NCBI RefSeq assembly: GCF_963921235.1
Contig: NC_086098.1
Location: 154,504,001-154,568,000, forward strand
Direction: 5' to 3'
DNA: 64,000 bases
Source: Mobula hypostoma
Taxonomy: Eukaryota
Each line of letters opens with the position of its first letter. The stretch's first letter is position 1. The position numbers and the translations under genes were made by a program. The notes under the pieces are model-generated. The model was not told the origin of the DNA, did not search any database, and saw only the letters and a program-made list of their open reading frames with translations. Below, one piece after another: positions 24,369-36,400 of the stretch.

Positions 24369-27236
24369 GTAAGTGTTTTTTTTTTCTTCTTCGGTCAGTT
24401 TATGTTAATTCAATTTCAAAATGCTGCTTAAGTTGACTCTTAATAGAGTATTGGCCACTAAAAATATTTCAGAAATCACTTTGATCGGTGTAATGAGTCA
24501 GATTAAGTCGGGGAAAACGCTGTCATAAAAATATATTAATTTAGCTTTGCATTCCGTGTCGAATGAGCTTTTGAGAACAATTAAGTCCAAATGGCGCCTG
24601 ATATTATTGACAGTGTCGAATCATGAAGAGGGCATACAAACCATTTCTTGCTGTGTTACAACAACGCGGCTTAAACTTCGATAGCAAACTGGAAAACGCA
24701 GGAAAGTACATCCCAAATGCGTTGATCCGATTTCCCCACCGAATGGTGTGAGGCTGAAAGAGAGCTATGGAAGTTATTGAGCTGAGAATGGAGAACACTT
24801 CTTTCTTCCTCCTCAATATCGACTCACGACTTTTCAAATTTACGTGTAACCTTCCCCCATTCTGTGCTGCAGGAACCTGAATTCTTCTAAACCCTGTTTT
24901 CCACTTCCCAGCTCTCTCTCGTCCTGTTCCCCTGTTCCCCTCCTGTGTTTGTGAACTTATAATTTCTCCCAGTTAAGGAATTACGTACCAAGAAAAATTT
25001 CACCCTTGTTATGATATCATTCTCAAGCTTGAGCCAATTTCATTTCTGTAATATTCAACATTACAATCTAATTTTCGCTACTTAATCATGTTAGCCGCAC
25101 TTTCATGTGTAGATGTTCCAAGCCTTGAAAAGCCATTCCTAAATCACTCGATGTCGCTGTCGTTCTTTATTCTTTTATAAAGACTTTAAAAATGTATGAC
25201 TTCGTCCAAATTTTCTCCTGTGGTTTCGAGAGTTCATGGGCTCAAATTTGGTCTTATTTTGTTACTGTAACATGTGTTGGTGTCGTTAAGAGCACTATAT
25301 AAAGAATTTTTGTATTATTTGTGAGGCGATTAGGGAAATGAACAATAGACAAAGTCAAAAAGTGGAGGTTTTAAGAAAACGTGGACACCAGATCGACTCC
25401 CTTCAGAACTGTTAAATCTTAAGACCTCCGAGACTCGGATTGTCTTTGACTGTTTTCCAGACTGTCTGATCGGCACAAACTGAAACCCCAACATGAAACG
25501 CTAATATTTTACCATTTATTCTCCGTGTGATTGTAGAATATTAACCTCTTCGTGGACAGTGTGGCAAACTGCTTCATCTCAGGTCATCTCCGAAATCACA
25601 CTGAAAGCCTTAATTCCACGGCTAAGTAACTTCCCTTTGGTAGGCGCAGATCTGAATATGATTTGTATCGGAATACCCTGTCAGAGTTTCTGTGCATTAA
25701 GTTAAACGGCTTTTGCCAGTTTTTCTGTGATTTGTGTTCACCAGAAGTGTTCTATCGAAGATTATACCGAAATTCTCTCACGATATTAAAAACTATTCCG
25801 ATTTAAATATTTAAATATTTCTCTGTGATACTTGGGGATCGGGGATTCATCTGTGTTGCTGGAAGGTAGAGGAGGGAATAGCTTCAGCAACTTTACTCAG
25901 TACGTTTCCTTAACATCGTTGCGAGTTTGCTTGAAGACAAAGAGCAAGCCTACATTGATGGCGCACTTTCCCAAAGCTCTTGGGTGCATTCAGCACCGCA
26001 ATCTGGAGTGAGTTACAGGCAATTGTTCTAGAGTTAGCAATGTGAAAACGAGAAGATTATTTGTTTCTTCTCTTTTGTATGTGCACAACTCCAGAAAACT
26101 CCAGGAGAAAAAACAGATTATTTCCAGGAACTTCAATTTAGCATTGTCTGATTTGTTTAGAAGAAAACTTTCGTTTTAAGAAAGCAATTGCTTTTATTCA
26201 AGTAGAATCTGACCTTCCGAGTCTGGTTCCGTCCGCCGAAGCAGATTCCGGATTGCTGGAATTTTTTTTTTTGGAGGTGGCGGGGGAGTGAAATTTGCTG
26301 GATACGCTCTTCATTGGCGCCTTGGGAACTTTGTAAAATCTATCAAATAGTTCAAAGAGTCAAACAGTTCGGTCAGTGATTGTCCAGAGGTTTGATATTT
26401 GGAACATTAGCGCCTAATGGAAGGCAGAAGCAGATTAATGATAGATTCACCAACTTGAATTGACCCGAATGTTTTAAGTTAAGTATTACAATATACAGTT
26501 TTTCTGTTCGGTACGGTTCGGCGTTCATTCAAAGTTCATATCTATTATTTGTTAAACCGAGTCTACATACATGTCGAAATGTGAATGCGACGAAGAAGAT
26601 ACGATCTTAATGCACACTGCAAGTTCCTTATTCATTCTCCCTTGCTCACCGACCTTCACCCTATCAATATTTATTCCGAATTCCATTCGAAACTTGCATA
26701 AGGTAAATAAAATGTACAAACTTGAAATCTCTACGACCTCTTTGATTGACGGCGCAGTTACTTTTGAAATTCAAAGCATCTGATTACTCAACATTGTTTT
26801 CTTTGAAAAAAGAAGATTCATTTTTGCTTTTTGCTCTGTTTATATTCTGGAAATACCACCAGGTTATTGCATTTACAGTCACCTCGGCTTCTATCGCTAT
26901 TCAAATTCAATAAATGCGGTTCCGATGGGTAACAGTTTTCATACTGATACAGCGATGTCGGTCGTACAATTAATAAAGAAAACTCTTCTGGCAAAATTAA
27001 AGCTACTGGAGGAACTCAGCCGGTCAGTCAGCATGTGTCGAGGCAAATGGGCCCTAATGCACGACTGTCTCTTTGCTCCTACAGATGCTGCCCGACCCGA
27101 TGAATTCAGTCGGTTGCCAGTTCTTTTGCTCCAGAACGCATCATATGCAATCTGTCGTAGCTCCGAGGAAAGGCATTAATTTCAGATTACTCGATCAGTA
27201 ATTGATTGGCAGCTATTCATTTTTTTTTTATTTCAG

Positions 27237-27628
27237 ATCCACAGCCCCCCGTGGTGTCCGTCCTCGGGCCTTCAACAGAAGAACTCAGGGGAAAGGTCAC
27301 CGCCACCCTGGTGTGTTTGGTGAGCGGGTTTAATCCGGGCGCTGTGAATATCGAGTGGACTATGGATGGTAATACCAGAAAGAATGGCGTTGAGACCAAC
27401 CGGATCCAGCAGGACACGGACAACACGTTCAGTGCGAGCAGTTACCTGACTCTGCCAGCCTCAGACTGGAACTCACACGAGCTTTTCTCCTGCGTGGTTA
27501 AACACGAGACTCAAACAGCCCCACTTAAAGCAAACGTCATGAGATCCAGTTGTATCCAATTCAAGCAATCTATGTACCGATTCATTACATTTGAAAATAA
27601 ATGTCTCGTTTCGACGTTGCCTCTTTGA
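27237..27628 (+). CDS. IGLC: Constant exon, cluster B, with stop-loss 23-aa extension
   Basis: Near-identical to 1553-1875, but TAA is CAA (27557-27559), reading on as QFKQSMYRFITFENKCLVSTLPL to TGA 27626-27628. Confidence 0.93.
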
Positions 27629-28396
27629 TTTTATTAGATAGATTTTCGGTCATAGCAGATGAACAGTGATCGTTTGAATGCATTGTCTGTGGTATGTCAG
27701 TGTCATTTCACAAGTGGAGAAATGTAATAAAATCTCTTATCTCACATATTGACCTATACTTTCGTACTAACAATAGTAATTTTTTGAATATCTTAATATT
27801 AAAAAATTGATGATTTCCAAGCATTTGTATTTGTCTAGATGTGTTAGGGAATTTTGGTAGGGGATGTCTGTCGATGGTGGGAGACTGTGAGCGTGGAATC
27901 AGTGGAAGAATGATTCCCCAATGAAACCAAACGTCATTGATCCGAATTTCAGTTCTGCGTTTACCACTAATGCCATCTCACCTTTAAAACTATTTCCAGC
28001 CTTTTCTCTCTTTATTCCAGAACTAGGGCGACTGCAGCAATTTCCTAGTTGTTTGTTTCCTGAAAGGGTATTGGGTGACGTGAATAAGTCATGCTCACAA
28101 ATCTTCTCTGGAAAAGACTGCAAACTACAGACCCCCAATGTGCCCTCCATTAAAGCGCTTCACTACCTCGGTAAGTCTTAGCAAACGATCATAAAATATT
28201 AAATAGGAAATAAAAATTGAAAATGATCTATTCATATGGAGAGAATACTGGATCCCGTGCCACAGCAACTCGGATCTCATCACTTCTCTAAACTTATAAA
28301 AGCCGCAGAGTTGAGCATTTGTCAGTGCCCCAGCAGCGAGGAGCACAAGTAATATTGTTGGAAAAACTGGGTCATTCACTTTGAGACTGTTCCCTT

Positions 28397-30318
28397 AGAA
28401 GGACTGTCTGGGGCCCTGAATGGTGGTGAGGGAGGAAGTGTAAGGGCATGTTCCACTTACAAGGATAAGTGCCAGGAGGGAGATCAGTGGGGAGGGATGG
28501 AGGGACGAATGTACAAGGGAGTCGCGTTGGGAGCGATCCCTGCGGAAAGCGGGGGGGGGGGAGATGTGCTCAGTGGTGGGGTCCCGTTGGAGGTGGCGGA
28601 ATTTATGGAGAATTATATGCTGGACCCGGAGGTTGGTGGACCTTTCTTTAAAAAAGGAGGACATCTCCCTCATCCTGGAATGAAAAGCCGTGCTCCGTCT
28701 AGCAGAATTATTCCTTACTCTTAATAATTTCTCCTTTGGCTCCTCCCTCTTCCTCAACTAAAAGTGTAGCCATGGGCACCAGTATGGGTTCTAGCAAAGC
28801 CTGCCTTTTTGTTGGCTTTGTGGAACAATCTATACTGTATTAGTATCTGTCTCCCACTTTTCCTTCGCTACATCGAAGACTGCATTGGCGCTGCTTCCTG
28901 CACGCATGCTGAGCTTGTTGACTTCATTAACTTTGCCTCCAACTTTCACCCTACCCTCAAGTTTAGCTAGTCCATTTCCGACACTTCCCTCACCTTTCTA
29001 GATCTTTCTATCTCTATCTCTGGAAACAGCTTGTCTACTGGTGCCTACTATAAGCATACTGATTCTCACAGCTATCTGGACTATTCCTCTTCTCACTCTG
29101 TCTCTTGCAAAAATGCCATCCCCTCCTCGCAATTCCTGTCAGGATGAGGCTTTTCATTCCAGGACGAGGGAGATGTCCTCCTTTATTAAAGAAAGGGGCA
29201 TCCCTTCCTCCATCATCAACTCGGCGCTCAAACGCATCTCCCCCATTTCACGCACATCGGCTCTCACTCCATCCTCCCGCCACCCCACTAGGAATAGGAT
29301 CCCCTTGTCCTCACCTACCACCCCACCAGCCTCTGGGTCCAACATATAATTCTCTGTAACTTCCGCCACCTCCAACGGGATGCCACTACTAAGCACATCC
29401 TTCCCTCCCCCCACTCTCTCTGCTTGTCCATTAGTCCCCCACCCGTCCCCACCGATCTCCATCCTTGTAAGCGGAACAAGTGCTACACCTGCCCTTACAC
29501 TTCCTCCCTCACCACCATTCAGGGCCTCAGACAGTCCTTCCAGGTGAGGTGACACTTCACATGTGAGTCGGCTGGGGTGGTATACTGCGTCCGGTGCTCC
29601 CGATGTGGCCTACTGTATATTGGCGAGACCCGATGCAGACTGGGAGACCGTTTCGCTGAACACCTACGCTCTGTCTGCCAGAGAAAGCAGGATCTCCCAG
29701 TGGCCACACATTTTAATTCCACATCCCATTCCCATTCTGATATGTCTATCCACGGCCTCCTCCACTGCAAAGATGAAGCCACACTCAGATTGGAGGAAGA
29801 ACACCTTATATTCCGTCTGGGTAGCCTCCAACCTGATGGCATGAACATTGACTTCTCAAACTTCCGCTAATGCCCCACCTCCTCCTCGTACCCCATCCTT
29901 TATTTATTTATATAAACGCATTCTTTCTCTCTCTCTCCTTTTTCTCCCTCTCTCCTTTTTCTCCCTCTGTCCCTCTCACTATACCCCTTGCCCATCCTCT
30001 GGGCTTTTATTCCCCCCCCCCTTCTTTCTCCCTATGTCTCTTGTCCCATAATCCTCTCATATCCCTTTTGCCAATCACCTGTCCAGCTCTTGGCTCCATC
30101 CCTCCCCCTCCTGTCTTCTCCTATCATCTCGGATCTCCCCCTCCCCCGCCCACTTTCAAATCTCTTACTAGCTCTTCTTTCAGTTAGTCCTGTCGAAGGG
30201 TCTCGGCCCGAAACATCGACTGTACCTCTTGTTAGATGCTGCCTAGCCTGCTGCGTTCACCAGCAACTTTTATGTGTTTTGCTTGAAATTCCAGCATCTG
30301 CAGGTTTCCTCGTGTTTG
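28397..30318 (+). mobile_element. 5'-truncated Penelope-like element (RT 3' part, GIY-YIG endonuclease, terminal repeat) with inverted 5' piece 28397-28689
   Basis: VYCVRCSRCGLLYIGETRCRLGDRFAEHL..DMNIDFSNFR-type endonuclease (29577-29870); RT DNA matches 63550-64000; 28397-28689 is the reverse complement of ~29148-29541. Confidence 0.9.
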
Positions 30319-31479
30319 CTGCCTTTATGATTTGTTTTTACAGTGTAAACGGAACACGAGGCACGGAAATTATTCAGGCACCGTCAAAGAGATGGTTGTA
30401 GTTCAGAAACGAAATGTTTTCGAACACAAGTCCGGTTCTATATTCTTTACTCGCCTCCCTTTAAGAACTCTGACACACAGCAACGTCACTAAGTATGAAA
30501 TATTCCTGCAAATCTCTATCTATGCAACATCACACCCGCGGAAAGTCTGGTGCACCATTCACTGATACTGGCAAATGTCCTACCTTTAGGGATTAAATAA
30601 CTAGAACCAGAGAGGAGAAGAGGAGAAGTACATAATCGTAAAATCTTGGGGCATTCTGAGCCGGCCTAATAACACAAGAAAACAAAGAGGCGGTGTTCAT
30701 GTTTTAAGTCAAAATCCCTTCAATATAACCTAACATCTGCTCTCCTCACCTGCCGCCGAATGTTAACAACATTTTCTGATTTTCATTTCAGATTTACAAC
30801 GCCTACGATTTTAATTTAATTTTGGAACAGATGTACGGTAAATTTGATGGCGAGCTAATAGTTGTAAAGAAAGTATTTAATATTTGATGACACTTTTTGA
30901 AAGGAATTTTACTAGTGAATGGGGCAGACTATATAGTCAACAATTCTCTTTCGAGTTCTTGCCTATACAAAAGATACTTTGAAATGCTTAGGATGGCATT
31001 ATACAGACTTTCTAGGAGATTCATTCACATTTTGTTGATGAAGTTAAGCTTTGCATTGTAAATCTTTGCGTATATTTGAAGTGATTCACTCTCAGATGAG
31101 CGAACTATTCAGAATGCGCTCTCAGTACACTTGTAGACCACTCTAGTCTATTGAACGCAGTAATCTTTTTATTGCCGAGTTGAAAGGCACAGTAACTATT
31201 GTACAAACTTAATCTTCACCGTCGGAGGGAATGAAGAGCAAAGAAGACTTTGAAGAAAGTCCGCAATTAAGATATTTAGGACGCAACTGCGAATTCTGCA
31301 AATAAATGTTTGTTTCCTTTGAAAACGAATCTATAATTTCATGAAAAGCATTTGAAACATAGGGAGAGGAAATGTGAAAATATCAGAGTCACATGGGTGC
31401 AAGACTGCAGAAGGCTGAGAACATACCCGATAAATCAATAAGTTTAGAAAAATGAATTATTTGAGGCCTGCCCGGACAG

Positions 31480-32113
31480 GTCATTCTGGGATTGCAGTCA
31501 GATACTGGACGTAGGTGGGCACCTGTCTTAGGTTTCGGCATTCACGATATACCTGTAATGTTAAGGCTTTGCATGCTTGCTGTCCGAGAACTAGCAGGAG
31601 CTAAATGGTTCCTACACCTACAAATGTCCAAGTTCACCGCGACTTTCGCAATTCTTTCCTTGGCGGAGATGGCGGGTTATTATTGGCGTGTTTCCGGATG
31701 CACACATGAACGTGGAAGTCCCAAAGTGAATGACCTAGCTCGACCAACAATTTTACTTGTGCACGTCACTGCTGGGCTACTGATAAGTGCACAACTCTGC
31801 GGGTTTTATAAGTTCAAAGAGTACTGAGATCCGAGTGTTGTGGCACAGGATCTACTATTCTCTCCATTTGAATAGATTATTTTTCAGTTTTTATTTCCCA
31901 CTTAATATTTTATGGTCCTTTGTCAATGTGGGAGACTTTCAGAAATAATGAAACGTTTTAATAGAGGGCATATTGAGTGTGGATTTTGCATTCTTTTCCG
32001 GAGGAGATTTCTGAGTGGGATTTATTATGCCCTATTCACTTCACCCAGTATCTTTTCAAGAAACGAGGAGCTACGGAAATACTACAGTCGCCTTAATTCT
32101 GGAATAGAGAAAA
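31480..32113 (-). repeat. Inverted paralogous copy of the C-gene 3' flank
   Basis: Reverse complement aligns with 2320-2940 and 28005-28385 (e.g. ggaaataaaaactgaaaaataatctattca, ttccacgttcatgt..atccggaaacacg). Confidence 0.85.
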
Positions 32114-32645
32114 GTCTATCCACGGCCTCCTCTGCTGTAAAGATGAAGCCACACTCAGGTTGGAGGAACAACACTTTATATTTCGTCTGAGTAGCCTCCA
32201 ACCTGATGGCATGAACATTGACTTCTCAAACTTCCGCTATTTCCCCACCTCCCACTCGTACCCCATCCGTTATTTATTTATATAAACGTATTCTTTCTCA
32301 CTCTCTCTCTCTCCTTTTTCTCCCTCTGTCCCTCTCACTATACACCTTGCCCATTCTCTGGGCTTTTACCCCCTCCCCCCCCCGCCTTTTCTTTCTCCCT
32401 AGCCCCCTGTCCCATGATCCACTCATATCCCTTTTGCCAATCAACTGCCCAGCTCTTGGCTTCATCCCTCCCCCTCCTGTCTTCTCCTATCATTTCGGAT
32501 CTCCCCCTCCCCCTCCCACTTTCAAATTTCTTACTAGTTCTTCTTTCAGTTAGTCCTGTTGAAGGGGTCTCGGCCTGAAACGTCTACTGTACCTCTTCCT
32601 CGAGATGCTGCCTGGCCTGCTGCGTTCACCAGCAACTTTTATGTG
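32114..32645 (+). mobile_element. Penelope-like element 3' tail
   Basis: Closely matches 29743-30290. Confidence 0.9.
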
Positions 32646-32659
32646 TTTGTCATTGTTTC

Positions 32660-32790
32660 TGAATATTCATTTTATTATTTCGACGGCTGCAAACGCTAAG
32701 ATTTTGTTGACTCGGTGTCCTACTTTTAATTCTATTTCTGCGGACAAAACCGTCAAGGTCACCTGTCCGTGTCATGAGACAGCATGGGCG
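32660..32790 (+). pseudogene. V-lambda relic (intron end plus FR1)
   Basis: tttattatttcgacggCTGCAAACGC matches the V2 acceptor region ttattttcgccagCTGCAAACGC (AG lost); AANAKILLTRCP..SADKTVKVTC resembles [20 protein letters not shown]. Confidence 0.7.
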
Positions 32791-33469
32791 ACCCGAGCCG
32801 CTTTTTGCTTCACATGAGCATCTATTACCTTTTGTGTTCCATTTTAAAAAAAACTTAAAGTCGGTACAGGAATCACTTATTAAGATGGCCCTCCTCCTGA
32901 GACAATTCACTTTGAAAGGAGATAGAAAAGGTTAAGTCCAGATGTGGCAAAGGCATGGATGGTATATTTTAAAGCACATTTGCGGAGTCAGTGAAAATTA
33001 AGAATTCCCAAATACACTGGTGCAACATCGGCCGACTTGCGTTCGCTACTCACGGGTCTTCATTGCACTAAGTTCCATATTCTTGGGAGCATGTAAATGT
33101 TTGTTGTCATATCTCGTACGACGCACATAATCTCGTACGTCATCTTTTACAACCCGGCCCCGTTTCTATCCAGGATGGTATGCCCTTGCTCATAGATAAA
33201 TCTTAGAGTGGATTATAAGGTCGGCACAAAATCGTGGGCCGAAAAGCCTGTACTGTGCTGGAGAGTTCTGTGTTTAGTTTTCTAAACCTTCGTTCAGTTA
33301 TGTTGATGCTTCTGCCCCACCGTTTAGATGCAACCCGTCCTTCTAGTCTTGGCCCACCTGTCCCAGAAAGAAACACAACGATATGTGTACATAAAACCCT
33401 CCCTCCTCCATCAGCTCCTTGGGCACGCGTTTAATTGCACTATATTGCTAATTCGAGACTTGGCAGCGC

Positions 33470-36400
33470 ATAGCACGATGAGCGATTTTGGGATTAACTC
33501 CCTTATGGTCCTTTTTTTTTAAATGGTGGTATGTCCTTTAGCTGAGGGAAGTTGGGACACCCACCTACAGGAAAGATTAAATAACTTTGAAAGAGTACAG
33601 TAAAATTAAAAGCATGGTTGCGACCGGAGGACGTACGTTAGAAGGAAAAGATTGAATAGGTTAGGACATTATTCTGTCACGGAACCTACTGTTAATTCCC
33701 CACTTTCTCCTAATTCCCTTTGATAGCACACCTAGTTCTCGTCAAGACCCGCAGCATTAAACCCCCGGCTTTGCATCCACTCGTTGTCAGATCGTTGTTT
33801 AGCCAGTGTGGCAATTAATGTTCCCGGCCGCTTAGGATTGTGTATTCTAAGTTTTACTTCAGTACCGAGGTTTATCTGGGTAACTTTGTCTGTCCGTATC
33901 GAGATAAGTATTCTAAGTTTTACTTCAGTCCCGAGGTTTACCTGTGTAATTCCGTCTCTCCGTGTCAAGATAAGTTTTGCCTGCCGCCTGTCTCCTGTTT
34001 GCCGTTCAGCAACAGCAACGCACTGTGTCAAGATAAGTTCTGCCTGCCTCCTGCTTTCCTGTTCATCCTCCTGTTTGCCGTTCAGCTCCAGCCACTCTCA
34101 CACCCCCGTCTGCATCCTAACTCAATCTCCGTGCCAGTGTTCTGCGTTTGGGTCCGCACCTTTCTTTGCAACAGAACGATTTGGCCACCATGGTCCCAGC
34201 GGACACAAATACCCTGCAACAAGCCCTCGCCAGGCAGAGTTCCCTACTGGGACAGCACGACAAACTCCTCCGGGAGGTCCTGGAGAACCTTCGTTCCCTG
34301 TCTGCTCACGTCACGCAGATCGGCAACCAGTTGGACGGTGTCTCCACTCATTTCACTCAACCTTCTCGTGGAACCCTGACTAACCAGCCCAGACAGCCTG
34401 TAGCGGCAACCCCCCACGTGTCACCAACACACCGCCAAAACAGCCTCACATACCTGAGCCGGAGCACTACGCTGCAGATTTGGGGAAGTGCTGGGCCTTC
34501 CTCCCTCAGTGCTCCCTGCTGTTTGAACAGCAGTCGTCAAATTACTCCACCAATAGGTCAAAGATTGCGTCTATCATGGGGTTGTTGTGGGGAAGTGCAT
34601 TAGCGTGGGCCACAGCAGTTTGGGATAACCAACCGGATATCTGCTCCACTTTCGCCACCTGCATCGCGGAAATGAGAAAGATCTTTAACCATGCGTCCGT
34701 AGTAAAGACGCTGCCAAGCGTCTACTTATTCTCCGCCAGGGCTCCCGCAGGGATGCCGAAAATTGGGTGGAGTTCCGGACGTTAGCGGCCGACTCGGGGT
34801 GGAACGATGAGTCACTCCACGGGGGGTTTCGGAATGGACTCAGCGACATGGTGAAAGAAGTGTTGGCGGCAAGGAACGACACCGACAGCCTGGATTCCCT
34901 GATCTCCCTAGCCACCAGGTTGGAAAATCGCCTCCGAGAACGCCGTAGAGAAAGAACTGGTCATCCACCACCTTTGGCCACTTCTTGGCACGCATTACCG
35001 CCTCCCGCCAGAACAAGCCTCTCTCCTCCTTCTGCTCCCAGAGTAGCTCCCAGCCCGGCCGTTTCCACCGCCCGGGGAGAGGAACCCATGCTGCTGGGAC
35101 CGAACAGCCTTTCTCCCGCTGAACGACTCTGGAGATTGAGAGTGGGTGAGCATCTATATTACGGCCAGTCCGGTCACTTTCTTGCCACCTGTCCCCTTCG
35201 ACCGAAAGGGAAGGTCCACCAGTAGCAAGAGGGACCCTGCTGAGCCAGACAACATTCCCTTCCATCCCCCGACCCCGGATGCAGCTTCAAGCCACTTTGT
35301 GTTACAACCAGCAGTCCTTGCCTCTGTTAGCACTAGTGGACTCCGGCGCTGAGAGAAACTTTTTGGATGAAAACTTAGCCTTCCAAGCCGTAATCCTCGC
35401 GAGCCATTGTGTACCCCCTGGAAGCCCGGCCACTGGACGGTTGACTTCTGGCCCGAGTCACACACTGCACAGAACCCCCGCTTCTTCTCTCCGGAAACCA
35501 TCGGAAACAGGTACGATTCAATTTAATTTCCTCTCCTCAAGCTCCGATAGTTATTGGTTACCCCTGGTTAAGCAACCATAACCCCCACATCGACTGGCCC
35601 ACCGGGAAAATAGTCAGCTGGAGTCCGTTCTGCCATTCCACTTGTCTGCAATCAGCTCTTTCCCCAGTGGGAGTCACCGCAATCTGGTCCGTCTCTGAGC
35701 CTCCTGACTTGTCCAAGGTTCCCGTTGAGTACCACGACCTGGGAGAAGTGTTTAACAAACAACTGGCCCTTTCCCTGCCCCCACACCGCCCTTACGATTG
35801 CGCAGTTGACCTTCTCCCCGGAGCCTGACTATCCACCATCGGCTGTACAACCTGTCCCGACCAGAAAGGGAAGCTATGGAGACTTACGTAAATGACTCCC
35901 TCGCGGCTGGCATTATCCGACCGTCATCTTCCCCTGTAGGCGCAGATTTTTTCTTTGTGGGAAAGTAAGACGGCTCACTGCTTCCCTGCATCGACTACCG
36001 TGGCCTTAACAACATTACCATAAAAACTAAGTATCCCCTGCCGCTTATCAACTCGGCATTCAAGGCGCTTCACGGAACCACAATTTTCTCCAAGTTGAAC
36101 TTGCGGAATGCCTATCACCTGAGGGAGATGAATGGAAAACAGCTTTTAACACCCCCCTCTGTCATTTCGAATACCTTGTCATGCCATTCGGTCTCACCAA
36201 TCCCCCTGCTGTCTTCCAAGCTCTGGTAAATGACGTCCTTAGGGACTTTATTAACCGTTTTGTTCTCGTTTATTTCGACGACATCTTAATCTTCTCCCGT
36301 AATCTTCAGGAGCACACCCATCATGTCCGTCAGGTCCTTCAGCGGCTTTTGGAGAACAAGCTATTTGTTAAAGCAGAGAACTACGAGTTCCATGCCCGTT

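Noticed and set aside
24369-27236. Intronic enhancer (kappa-B or octamer) in the J-C intron
   Set aside because: Only partial motifs seen (ATTTGCAA in A is ATTTGGAA in B), and A/B similarity is too recent to footprint.
32798-32836. RSS-like GCTTTTTGC..TTTTGTG after the V relic
   Set aside because: Spacer is 21 nt and the heptamer is poor; probably chance.
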